Shown piece by piece: positions 16,401-29,500 of a DNA stretch of 64,000 nt (the stretch's first letter is position 1; each line of letters begins with the position of its first letter). The stretch lies in contig LSRY02000039.1 of the NCBI GenBank assembly GCA_001643675.2, positions 248,001 to 312,000 of the forward strand. The letters run 5' to 3'. The stretch comes from Monocercomonoides exilis PA203 (lineage: Eukaryota; Protista; Preaxostyla). The translations under genes and the position numbers were made by a program. Below the pieces are notes generated by a model. The model searched no databases and was not told the DNA's origin. It saw nothing but the letters and a program-made list of their open reading frames with translations.

Positions 16401-19400
16401 GCATAAGAGCGATGCATCCTCTCCTCCGTCGATGCTATCTCAACCGCTGTGCACAAGTGGCTGCTGCTTCTGGTGCCTCACGTTCTTCTTCTTCTTCCTC
16501 TTCTTCTTCTTCCTCCTCTTCTTCCTCGTTGCTTCGCTCTTCTAGAAACAGATTTCTGACAGGCAAAGAGCAGCAGATGAGGAGGATGCAGCAACAGTTC
16601 GGAAGAAGAAGAAAAAGACGATGTTTTGTTCTCCCTCCCGATGTGTTTGAGGCACTGCCGCTGTTTGCAGAGTTTCGGATGGTGGAGCGGTATGCGGAGA
16701 ATCTGGAGAAGAGGGAAAGAGAAAGAAAGAAAGAAGCAAGGAACAAGAAAAGAGAGGAAAAAAGAACAAGAGAACAAATTAAGTTGATAAAGGCATTAAA
16801 GCATGTTGATAAAGGAGATCACAATGATGATGAAAATGAAAAAGAAGATAAAGCAAAAGCAGAAGAAAACGAGAGTTTATCATTGATGAGAAGAAATTCT
16901 TTGAAGGAATCGAAAAAAAAGGAAGAAACTGAATGCCTTTCTGTCAGCTCCATCATCAGTGATGAAGAACAGCGAAGAGAGAAGAGACACAAACAGAGAG
17001 AAAAAAAGAGATAAATGCGAAAGTATTACCAGGCACTTGAGCTTCAACGTGATTGTGTTGTGAATGAAGTGCTTTTGATGTTCATTCCAAACAAGCTGAT
17101 TTCTCCTGCACCGATTGACGATCAATAAAAAGACAAGGAATTAATGTGAGTGCTTCAAAAATGAGGGGGATGGCGAAAAAGGGAGAAAGAAGAGAAAGAA
17201 TGGAATAATTCTTTGAATGAAAATGGAAACAAGGAAGAAGTTAAAGGCGATGAAAATGATGGAAAAGATGAGCACAAAGAAGATGATCGCTCAAACAACG
17301 GCGAAAACGAAGAAGTGATTTTGATGGATTTAATGAACAACCCCAAAGCAGTTGTTTCAAAAGCAAATATTATCAAACGGAAGAAGAAAAGAGTGCAAAC
17401 GCCAAAGAATCCATAAAAAATGACAAAATACTTGAAGCGAACAATAATGAGCCAAAACAAGAGCCACTTTCATCGCAAGTCCTGCAAAAACAGCAGCAAC
17501 AGTACACAACACCATCACCTTTTCCACAGCCAAAACAATACTCTTCAGCAAGAGATACCTTTGGAACGATGCACTTAACACGAGGGAAGCAAAAGGAAGG
17601 CGGATAGAGATGGTGAGAGGAGCTATTGGTGCCTCAACAACGCTTCCGTCACCTGTTGTTGTTGTTGGAGGAGGAGGGGTAACGTTGGGTGTGATGGGGA
17701 TGAAGGATTTGAACAAAGAAGTGACAAGGGCGATGCAAGATGAGTTTCAGAATGAGAAAGGGAAAGTGGACGATGAAGAGGAGAAGGACACGTTTAATTC
17801 ATTGGAATCAGATGATCAGAGAGAAAAACTGCTTCGGCTGATGAAACAACAGGAAATACAGAAGAAGAAAAAGGAGAAAAAAGAAGAGCGAGAGCGCAGG
17901 AAAATGGAGAAAATGGCGAAGAAGATAGAGGAAAAAGACAAGAATCTATTTAGCAGCATCCAAGGAATACTACAATCACACCTTGAGACATACACGCCAA
18001 CCAACCAGAAAGAGAACAAAATGGCCAGCGAGACGCAACAAGAGGCGAAAGAAAGCCAAACGCCAATTTTGACCAGAGAGCGGAAATTTGACTGCACGTT
18101 GATTGATTTATCTAATTCTGTCTTTGAAGATTTGAGCGATGAATTGGATGTGCCCCTCCGCTATGTTTGCATAAAAAGCGAGGAAAACGAGCAATTTGTG
18201 TGGAAGTTACAGGAAGTGTCTGTGTATGCAGCAGTCGAAGAGAGGCAAACGAGGGCTCGGTTGAATCTGATGAGTGCGCTGAAGAGCGGGAAAAAGCAAA
18301 GCTGTACAGAACTGCGAAGAGGAAACAGAAGAAACACACAGAAAGGGATAGAAAGGAGCAGGGAAAGGATCGCCTCTGCTGTTTCAGAAGGATAAAATGA
18401 TAAGAACATTCAGTCAGAGCAGCGTGCTTGGAAGAAGAGATGCTCTGTCGAAGCTGTTTTCTTCGCTTTCGTTCTCAAAGTTGGCATCTTTCTTCACATC
18501 GCAGAATTCAATGGCGATGGATCTGATACAGAAATACCCTGCCCTCAATTTGGTTGCGCCTTTTGATTCAGCTGCTGATTTTGCCGCAAATACAAAAAAT
18601 GTTCTTCTCCTCTTTCTCACTGAACTTCATCACTTGTCAATTCTTCCTTGTTAATGAACATCCAACAGTAATCTTCTCCTTCTCTCTGAACATCTTTATC
18701 TCCTTCACTGCAATCCAAAGCTAAACAACTATCTTCGGCTAATCCTGTTGCTCCTGGTTCGCTTCCTCCCCTTTTACTGCTTACCGTAACTTCTTCTCCT
18801 TCTCTTTCATTCAACTTTCATCGAGTTCAGTGCCAGACCTCATCTTTCGTTGCAACGTGGAAAGATGCATAGATATGCTTATTCAAATAATGAATATCAG
18901 CTGAAAGAGTATTACGACGGAAGCGATTCTCCAAAAAGCAAAAAATTATTTGTACGTTATCAACAACTGAATCAATTCTGGCTTTTTCATTTAGATGCTG
19001 AAAGAAGCACAGATAAAAACGAAATAATGTTGAAGTAATTTTTGTTTGGAATGAATGAGTTTGAAAATAGCCTTCGGCAGATTTCACAGCAGCGAAACCA
19101 CGGGGAATTGCAGAAAATGAAATGAGGAAGAAAAGAATTTTGAGGAAAAGGCATATTTGAAGAGAAATTATAGAGATTCTTGCTCTTATTTGATACGAAC
19201 AAGTTGAAATCGGAATGTTGAGGAAATAAATGCTTTTGAAGAATTTTCTGATATGATCGAAGAGATGAATATTGAAGAGGAGAAATCGACGATTTCTTAA
19301 AGCAACGAGCTTTGTTTTCGTTTGATGAAGAAGCGAAATCAAATTGAAAATGACAAAGAAATGCTTTTATTTGAGATGACATTAAGGATTTAGAAAAAAA
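12563..19400 (+). pseudogene. Long Ser/Glu/Lys-rich hypothetical gene relic, head-to-head paralog of the left relic
   Basis: ORFs 14504-16081, 16208-17014 and 17213-17416 share one frame and are broken only by single stops; further fragments at 17610-18395 and 18397-18654. Introns near 12637-12727 and 13238-13286. Ends approximate. Confidence 0.5.
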
Positions 19401-21187
19401 ATAAATTTCAAATGAAAAGAAGATGAAAGCTCAAGAATTTTTCAATGATATGGAAAATGGAAGAAATTTTAATGAAATTAGAAAAGGATATCGTTTCCTG
19501 TGATTTTTGCATCAGCTGCGCTGAAAGTGAGTGTTTGAGAAGGAACAAATGTTGAGGAAAGGAGGGTGAGAGAGGCGTCGTGGAGGAGGGAGATGAAGCC
19601 ATTGAGGGCATACTCGACGTTGGCACATGGGGTCTGTTGGGGTCTACCAAAGGAATAAGCTTCAATTCCACTTCTGAAATCAATGTTATTCTGGGCAATG
19701 AGAGGGAATCAGCTGTTGAACTCAGATTTATCTGATATGTCACTGAATCTGTTTTCGTAAGATGAATCCTATGAATGGAATAAATAGAATGGAAATTTGT
19801 TGGCCTAATAAAGGAAAGGGAAAAAATAGAAAAATGACTATTATAGTTCAATTAGTTTCAATAATTTTGTTTTCCTATCATTTTTTCTGTTCTTCTTATA
19901 AACTTTCTCTTTGCAATGTTGTATTTTGCCAATTATGAATTTGCAATTTTTTCTTTTGAAGTTTTTTTTATTTATTTTTGGCTAATTTTTATTGAACTTG
20001 ATCAAAAAAATCTTTTTGCACTGAAATTATCAAAAAGGTATGTTTTTTTGCATATAATAATAAAACAAATACATATGACAGAAATAAAAGCTAAATACTG
20101 TAATAAATCAAATTAACTCTTTGATCAATAAATACCACTATAGATTATATTTTTTCGATTTTTGATCTTTTTTTATGATATCAAAAAAAATCACCCATAT
20201 GATATCTTTGATCTCATCCTAAAAAGAGTTCTGTTTTTTTCTGTTTCAAAAAACAAAAATAAAAAAAAACATGAATATAATAAATAAATTAGAAAAAAGG
20301 CTAATTCTTTAACAAAAAATTTCAAGATACTATCAAAAACCAATAAAGTCGTTCCCACACCTTTTTGTGTTTTTTCATTTTTCTCTCTTTTTCAACAACC
20401 ATCTTTTCGTTTTTTTATGCAATCAAGAATATGAATATTTTTCAATCCAAAAATTTTCCTTATATTGAAATATCCAATTCGCAACAGAAATAAATTACAA
20501 TGTGCCAAAGATGATATTTTATATCCTATTTGTGTTGTGTATTTTCACAGGAATGATCAAATGCAGTTGCTATAAAATACTTTCCATCACAAGGTGCTTT
20601 AGGCATTTTCATCTTTCAGAAGATATTATATTTCCGTACAATTCAGATGGAAAACTGAATTTAAAATATTGGTTTAACAATTAAAAATTGAAATTACAAA
20701 AATCAATATTATTTATGCTATGAACAAACCATGTAATGATTATTCAAGCATTTTTAAGGTGATGTATTCTTTTCTTGTTAGCGCAGTTTTCATGCAAATA
20801 CAATAAAAAAGAATTTGTGTTTTTGTCACTTATAATTAAAATAATGAAATTTTTCTTTATGAAAATAAGTAACAATTAAAAACACAGGTGTAAGCAACAG
20901 AATCCATTAATGTTCTAAAGCCATATAAGAAGATATGCGAAAGTACAAATTCAGTCAATGATCGCACCCATTATTTTTTTAATTTTTTCATTTTTTTAAT
21001 GGAACATGATAGACGAAGTTTCGCCAAATAACAATAATTTTAAAATAATTAGAAATAGTGAGCTTTTCATTTACAATTTGAATTTTTGCTCAACTCGTCT
21101 GTCAACTTGATTATATCTCGCCAAGAAAAATTGAGGAAAAAATGGGTGAATGAATTTTCAAAAATAATAATTTTTAATCATAAATAA

Positions 21188-22246
21188 TTAATCAACTTCC
21201 ATGGGGTCAAATTCTGATGCACTTGCACCGTCCCCAGCTCCAAGTGAATCTGATTCTTTAAATTCTGTCATTAGAAGAATGTCATCTTCATCAAATATAT
21301 CAGATTCTTGTTCTGATTCTGTTGTGTCACTTTCTTCACTTTCAGATTCATCCAATTCATTTTCTTTTTCTATAAAATCATACATGATTTCCCACATTTG
21401 ATCCTCAAATTATATTTGAAAATTTCTTCTTACTAGCCACATTGATAAATTGTCACCAAGACACTTTTCTCTGCATCCTGTTTTTTAGAAGAATTTCCGT
21501 TAATTCATCCACTAACCTTCGACAGTGTTTGTGCAGGCATGTGAAATACTGTTTTTGAATTCTCGTTTATGACAGACAGTATCATGAGCGTAACCATAAT
21601 CTTTCAGTCTGGCATAAGCCATCCATTCATCGCTCATGATCCGAGTTCCAGGAAGAATTTTAGCTCGTGTTATTGGAACAAATGGGTCATTCTTGCTATA
21701 TGGCACAATGATAATGTGGTTCTTTACTGCACCTCCCTCTGGTTTCCTTTCCACGGCACCAAATATTCAGATTTGCATCTTTTTTTTCCTTGCCCATTCT
21801 TTCTGCTCCTCCATTCATCTTCGTCGATCTCCACAATTCTTCCCTGCCCTCCCATGATAGCTTGATTTATGTTCCATAATGATGTGCATCTGGATCTGAT
21901 AACACTCGTCCTACAGTGAATCGTGTTTTCACTAATTCCAAGCAGTTCGCCAACGTGTGCGGCTGACATACCAATGTTATAATATAAAACAATCATCAAA
22001 AACATTCTCTGTAGTATTTTTCAATTTTCCAAAGATGCATTTTTTCAAAACTGATTATTTTCTCCCACATTTTCCGCATCTCCATTTCTTGTAATATTTG
22101 CCTACGAATGTGAATATCTTTTTGCATGAACGAAGTATTCATTCTGGAGCTTCTCCTTCCAGCACATTTTCGAAATACCATTTCCATGCAGTCATTTCAT
22201 CAGAAAATGCATTGTTGAGTTCACAAAAATGTGTTTTTATGTTCAT
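21188..22246 (-). pseudogene. Merlin (IS1016/IS1595, ISXO2-like) DDE transposase relic
   Basis: Zn-ribbon WRCGKCGRK, GGQGRIVEIDE, IFGAVER, ILPGTRIMSDEWMAY, HDTVCHKREF, CTNTVEGxW and an acidic tail. Several stops and frameshifts. Confidence 0.85.
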
Positions 22247-22853
22247 TTTGTGTGATAAATACATTTGATGAATGTTTGATCAAACCCATAAATACTTGAA
22301 AATGTACATTTTTCGAATAATAAAATATATATTTTTGACAACTTTCCGCATGTTTTTTGGATATAATTATTGTTTCAAAATTAATAATAAATCATTATAA
22401 ATAAAAATAAACTTAATCCAGACGTTCCCATTTCTTTTGATCTTGCCATTTTGATTAAGTTTCGAGAATATTCATGAGTTTATTTCGGTTCCAAAATTTC
22501 AAAATACGAAGAAAACAACAGCACGAACATTTCGAAATATATTGACATAAATAAAAGTATTGTATTTGTCAAACCATTTTATTCTCTTTATTTAACATTT
22601 ATTTTCTTTGAAAATAGTTTCGTTCTCTGTTGAAAGTTATTCGACTTTATTTGAACATTTTTCGATTCTGACAGAAGGATTTCGACTTTGAATAATTTTT
22701 GGTGTAATGATTACAGGGAAAAATAAATATTTGTTTTTGTGTCCAAGTTTAATGACTGTTGAAAACGAATTAAAAGAATCAATATTAAAATCAGCCTGGA
22801 CATTAAACAGTTGCGTCTATTTGGTAAAAAATAACCCTTATGTTTTTTAACAT

Positions 22854-23094
22854 GGGTGATTCTTTTTGAAAAGTCACAAATGTTTTATTTTCAAATAAAT
22901 CAAAAATTTCATATTTTGCTCAAATTTCTGTTTCAGCTTACAAATCTCCTCAAGGATGTTTGAAATAGCATATTCAAGAAATAGATTCCATGTTTGTGAA
23001 GTTTTGTTGATGTTGACAAAAAAAAAGAGCAAAATATGAAATTTTTGATTTATTTGAAAATTAAACATTTGTGACTTTTCAAAAAGAATCACCC
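22854..23094. mobile_element. 241-bp MITE with ~68-bp TIRs and 4-bp TSD ACAT
   Basis: 22854-22921 is a near-perfect reverse complement of 23027-23094. Termini are GGG...CCC. ACAT occurs at 22850-22853 and 23095-23098. Confidence 0.85.
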
Positions 23095-23122
23095 ACATCT
23101 GAAATATTAAGCAATATTATAT

Positions 23123-23378
23123 GGGTGATTATTTTTGATGTCATATTTTTCCATTTAAAATTTTCGGTTCGAAAAAACTCCTTTGAATAGCAGTGAATGA
23201 ACATTGAGAAGAGAATAGGCATTTTCAAGAATCCATCATCATCAATTCAGCTTAAACATTTGTTTTTGAAACAGTTGAGACTTATTAAGCACTTGAAAAC
23301 AAAATCTTTTCCCAATGACAAACATTTTTTGTTGAAACAATACACCGAAAAAAGTTATGATTTCAAAAATAATTACCC
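23123..23378. mobile_element. Older related MITE (~256 bp)
   Basis: Left end GGGTGATTATTTTTGATGTCATA; right end reverse-complements to GGGTAATTATTTTTGAAATCATA. Flanks ATAT/ACAT (one mismatch). Confidence 0.5.
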
Positions 23379-23547
23379 ACATGTATATATATCCCTTTAT
23401 TACTCTCTGCATTTTCCTGCAAATAAATGTTTTATAGTTGAATAACTCAAAACAGGTGATTTTCCCAAAACAAATAATATAATTCTTTGATCAAGAACAT
23501 ATTTTTTTTGATTATTATCACGAAATCTGATCTTTTTTCTTTTTTTG

Positions 23548-26500
23548 ATGAGCAATAAGATTTTTCGTTTTTTCGTGTTATTCTTTTTATGTACAACGTT
23601 TCATTTTCCACTAGCAGAAGAAATCGAGAAATCAATCATTGAAAATAATACTCATTCAATCAAAGATCATTTTCATCAATTTTCACAAAAGTTCGTTTGT
23701 TCAAAAAAAGATTTATTCGATCCACACTCAAATCATGAAAGAAAAATTCGATTTGAAGAAAATCCACATACGATGAATATTCCACGCTTTCATTTCACTA
23801 TTTTGAGTTCATTGTTTAAAGTATACAATTCATCATTTATACTCACAACTTGCATCTTGGAGCAAAAAGGAGCATGCCTTGTAGAAGCTAGCAGTCTGTC
23901 CTATATTTGTATCGATAAATGTCAAGTCCAGTCCAAAAGCGTTCATCAAAACGAGATGTTCAGTATAGCTGGTTGTCGAGCATTTTTTGTTAACATTTCG
24001 GTTATGTCACTCCTTCATTATAACCTTATGCCTCGCCTTTTTTCTTCTGGAAATTTTTGCAAAAAGAGTTTTTCTAATGACGGAAATGATATGATTTCTG
24101 TTGCATCATCATCTTTTTCTTCTTTTTCTTTGGGTAAACTACCTTTTATGAACTCAGAACTTTCTTCGTATCTGTGTGTTTCATGTTGCTCATTTCTCAA
24201 CATATCTCAGTCTTTAATTCACAAAAACAGCTTTCCAAAGCAATTACTTCTTCCAAAAGAAAAAGGAATATGTTCCTTATTTGGATGCGAGTTTCAATAC
24301 GTAGACAACGTAATGAACGGAGGAATTGCAAGCTCACATAAAGTATCACACGTATTTAATACCTCAATCATGCAATGTGTGAGAACGATGATCAGCGAAA
24401 CACGAGTTGAAGTTAATGAAAACAGGTGCTTTGAATATTCTTTATTTGCAAACCAACATGTGGATAGTTATTCTGCTGCAGATGAAGGATTTCACACATG
24501 CGGAGGAGCAATATTGTTCAATGGTCCATCATCCACATTTGAAGTAAAAAGTTGCATTTTCGAGGTTTGATTCGTTTTTTTGTTTTCAATCAAAAAATAT
24601 TAGAGTTTTTGAATTTTAATATTTTATCTTTGTTTTTTCTCTTTCTTCCTTTTCCAACATTTTATTACAGAACTGCACTTGCAGCAGATGGGGTGGTGCA
24701 ATTTGCGTGTTCGATTCTCTCAGCACGATAATTACAAATAATTCGTTTAACAAATGCATTGGCAAGAGGGACAACGACTTTCCAGGTTCACATGGGGGTG
24801 CAATATTTATTGGCAAATCTCAATGCTACGACATTTCCCATATACTATGCAAAAATGGAAGAACTACATTCCGAGGAGGAGCTTTGTTCTTGAACTATAT
24901 GGGTACATCATCATCAACCATCTGTAACTTGAATCAGCTGCAGAACAATTCTCCAATTATCATTCAGAATATTTCATGCTCGAATTACTCTTGTGATACT
25001 GAAACAGGAGGAGGAATGTTTATTGATTCTTTCATCCCATCGTTTTTTATCATGAGTGAATGTTATTTTTTCAATTGCTCTTCAATATCATCAAAAGGAG
25101 GAGGCTTTTCCATTGTGACCAATTCTTTTGAAAAAAATGAAAAATTTTGCTACTACTCCTTTTTTGCAAATAATTCTGCCTCTCAAGCATCAGATGTGTA
25201 TTTGAGTGATTCGGGCAAAAATATTAAAGAAAGTCCGTTTGTTGAATGTTATTCATTGACAAGTGGAGAGAGCAGATGTGAAAGCTCTTGGCAGGGTGCA
25301 AAAAATGACTGGCTGCCAAATGGATTTCTTGTGAGATATGTCATTCCAGATGGAGGAAACAATAATGCGTTCTGTGGGCTGACAGTTGAGGATGGTTGTG
25401 ATTCATTGAAATTCACACTTGAAAATGAATTAACAAAGAGCAGAGGCAGAATCATGCTTATTGAGGGAACATATGAGATATCCGAATCAAATGGTCATGT
25501 TGTGGATGGGAAGAATATTTCTATTCATGGAAGTGGAAATGACTTAACACAACTGAGTCCAGTCCAGGTCGCAGCAAATCAAGTATTTCTGAGTGTGGAT
25601 GATGGGATGTGCAAACTGTCTTCTTTGAGCATTGTGTTTGACTCACATGAAAGTTCAAGATTGTTCCGACTGAGCTCCTCAAATTCTCAGTTATTTCTTC
25701 AAGAGCTTGTCATCAGCACCCCATTGAACCAGGAAGGCCATCCCTCAAAAGAATATTTGAACAGTTTGTTTGAGGTGAATTTTGCCAACTTTCGAATGAC
25801 TGACTGCATTGTCAAGAACATCTTGTCCAAGTCCAGTCTCTTTCAAGAAATCTCTTCTGCTTCATTGTTGTTAATATCTTCATCTTCTCCTTTTTCGAAC
25901 AGTGATGAATCCTTTGTTGCAAATTCCAACTTTTCACATGTAACAAAAACAGAAGGAGATGGAGCAGTGTTGTCAAAGACAATCAGTGAGGGAGAGTCAT
26001 TTTGTCTGTGGAACACAACAATCGAGAACTGTGAATGTTCGAGTGGGAGTGGAGGAGGGATCAGGATTGACATGGCATCATCAACCAGCACCTTCAGAAT
26101 GGGATCCTCCTCACATCCAACCACACTCGATTCATGTTCATGCAGCAAGTGCGGAGGAGGATTGTATCTTTGGCTGGAGGATGAAGCAGCAGACTTTGTG
26201 ATTTCATCATTGAATTTTGTGGGTTGTGAGGCAAGAGAGGGAGGGAGAGATATCTTTGTAAATGGGAGCGACATGAATGGCAAGACAATCAGTTTGGAGA
26301 AGATTTGTATTTCACTGGACGAGTTTGGATATGACGAATTGATGGGATTTGATAGAAGTCTGAGTGAGATGGGCTTATTTCCGTTGAATGTGTTTTTTGA
26401 GTCATTCCAACCACCAGCGCATGTTGGAGGAACTGTAGGAAACTGGGTTTTTGATTCGAATTTTTGTGGATTTAGCAATTTCCCATGCCTAACAATAATG

Positions 26501-29500
26501 CATGCAACTCAGATCAGATTTGGTTCCTCAAAAAGGCAGATTGTTATTAGAGAGGGATATGAACTGGATGAGGAGATGATGATGGATGGACCAGTTTGGA
26601 ATATCTCATGTGAGGAAAAGGGAATGGTTGTTGATGTGCATGCACCAGCAGAGCTCTCCAATCAACGGCTGCTGAGTGTTTCCACCGAGTGCTCAATATA
26701 CAACATATGCTTCTCTCTTCCTTCTTCTCTCTCAAATGCCCACTCTTTCATCACACTCCCCACTTCCACTTCCTCTCTCACTCTTTCGAACTGCTCATCA
26801 GTGACTTCATCATCTGAGTCAGGGAGTAAGATTGGATTCTGTTTTGTGAGTGTGGTTGGAGGGATATTGAAGTTGGAAATGTTTGAGACAAAAGGAACAA
26901 TGGCATTTTCATCACATTCGTTGATTGAAGGGAAGGGGAGCAGTTTTGTTATGAATTGCGTTGAATGCGTTTTTGAGGGAATCATAAAAGAGAATGGAGA
27001 TGGAGCTTGTATTTGTGTTTGTGCTGAGGACGAGTCAAATACCCATGAATCAGAAAAGAAACAACTGATAATTGACAACTGCACATTGAATGGATGTTGG
27101 GCAAAGGGAAGCAGAGCAAAAGGGGGAGGAATGCATGTGTGTCTGAGAGGCAATGATGAAATGGTTGTGAATGGGTCATCGAAATTTGATGGGTGCTGCG
27201 CAGGAAAGAGGGATGAAGGAGAAGAGGATGGTTTGGGAGGAGGAATTTTTCTATCATTGGAGGATGAGGCAACTCAGTTTGCATTTGGGGATATGAGGTT
27301 TGTGAGGTGCAATGCCTGGAAAGGGAAGAACGTGTTTGTGAATGGGAGCTCTCTGGATGAGGTTGTGGATTCAGCGCATTTCTGTTGGGAGATGAGTGAG
27401 AAGGAAAAGTCATCAATGGAGGAGCTGTGTGGGTGGGAGAGAAGCAGCACAGGGGTTGGGTTTGTGATTCCACTTGTGGTGTATCTGTGGAGCAACTTCT
27501 GTGGGAGTGGATTTGTCGATGGACAGGAAGGAGGAGACTTCAGTAGATGTGGATTTGCTGCTGCTCCATGCAGATCTATCTCCCATCTCATCTCCCTCAA
27601 ATTCACCCCACTCCCTGGAAGTACTTCTGATGATGATGATGGATTGTCCATCTCAGTGTCTCACATTTCCTCACTCACCTCATCCCTTTCCCTTTCGCCT
27701 TCTGTTGAATCAGAACAAATCTCAATGAAATTCATTGGGAAAGACAATGAGTCAGGGATTTGTGTGGGTGATGATCCGGTTGGAAATGAAGAATGGATGA
27801 TCCATTCGACCATCCATCTTTCATTTGAGGTTCTCTCCTTCTGCATCCCAACAGCATTTGCCCATCGCAGAACATTCATCAGATCATCAACATCCTCATC
27901 GTTTCTACAAATGAAACACTGCTCTTTCACCCCTCAAAGTTCAAGCGACTATGTCTCATTCACTTTGTTGAGTGTTTCAGAGGGAAGCATGTTGATTGAC
28001 AATTGTTCACTGTCTTCGCTTTCATCCACTCGCCCATTTCTCCTTGTTTCACATCCTTCTCAATCAATCGCCATTTCCAACATGACAGTCTCGAATGTCT
28101 CGATATCTTCGTGCTCTCTTGTATCATTCGAAAGAATACCATCTCATCTGCCTGTGAATTCATCTGCTCACAACGAAGTGTCTGGCAAGCCTTGTTGTTC
28201 CCTCAAAATCCAATCATCCTCATTTGCCAACGCTACATGCTCTGGTGACTGTGCAAGCATTCTTTGCCTCGGAGTGTTCGATGCGATGGAGAGTGTTGTT
28301 GAGAAGTGCACATTCAGCCGGTGTGTGAGTGAGACGAGTGAGAGGGGAGGGGCACTGATGATGAGTGTGAAGAGCGAGGAATCATCGGTGGAGGTGAGGC
28401 AATGCTCATTCACACTCTGCAGATGTTCAACAGTCACTGGGAGAGGAGGAGGAATGATGTTTGATTGTGTGGATCTCTCATCTCCATCACCAGCTCCTGA
28501 TGAACCATCTTTTCTCCCGCTGAAAATATCAGAAATCCGATTCACAATGAATGATGTATTTGTGGGGAAGGACATATTCATCAACTGCCAGTCGATCGAG
28601 CAGCAGATCAACGAAACACTTTTTTCTCTCGACTTCACCCAGGAATCGCTCCAATCGAACCAGTCCATCTGTGCGAGTGATGCTGATGAGCAGAATGTGG
28701 ACTTAATCCCCTTGATCACCTTCTTGTATGCACCCCAGATCTTTGTGTCTCTTGATTCTGCAGACACTCGCCAGTGTGGATTGTCAACAAACCCCTGCAA
28801 GAGCATCTCATCTGCTGTTCACCACATCCAGCCAGGATTGCTCAATACCATTTTCATCAACACCACATCCACAATCCTCTCAGAAACAACAGTGCATGGG
28901 CTGTCCATCCTGCCTTCAACAAAGCAGCAGGCAACAATCCAACTGAGCATATCCATTCCACACACTGGAGATGCCCAGAGCGTGGTTCTGTTCGAGGATG
29001 ATTGCACAGTTCGCAACAGCTTGATATCATTTGCCTCTTCATTTGAGGCCGCACACTCAGCTGTATTCGCTGAATCGAATGGTGTGTTGGAAGTGTCTCA
29101 GTGCACATTCACAGCAACGGATGCCTCGTTGGAGCTGGATTCACATGTGATAGCTGTTTGGGGAGGAATACTGAAGATGAGCGAGACATCGTTCAGCTGG
29201 CTGTATTTTGCAAAGCCCTTGCTTTTGTTTTCTGATGAATCAGAAATTGTGCTTTTCCAAATGACTCTGGACAGTCTCACATCGACAGCTGATGTTGTGG
29301 CAATTGGATTGAGCGCAAATGTTTCGATTGAAAAAATGAACTGTTCCAACATCTCATTGAATAATGGCTGTCTGATCTCAACGAAAAAAGAAGAGCTGAA
29401 TATGAATGGAAATGGAAGAAGTGTTGAAGACATGGGAAATCTCAGAATATCCATTGCAACATTTGAGAATATTTCATCAAATGAGAACAGCAATAACAAC

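Noticed and set aside
20174-23145. 32-bp inverted repeat (29/32) bracketing the Merlin relic as its TIRs
   Set aside because: The GGG termini lie at the inner edges with the TIR bodies running away from the relic, and they match the MITE end motif. They look like ends of two separate MITEs; no 8-9-bp TSD was seen.
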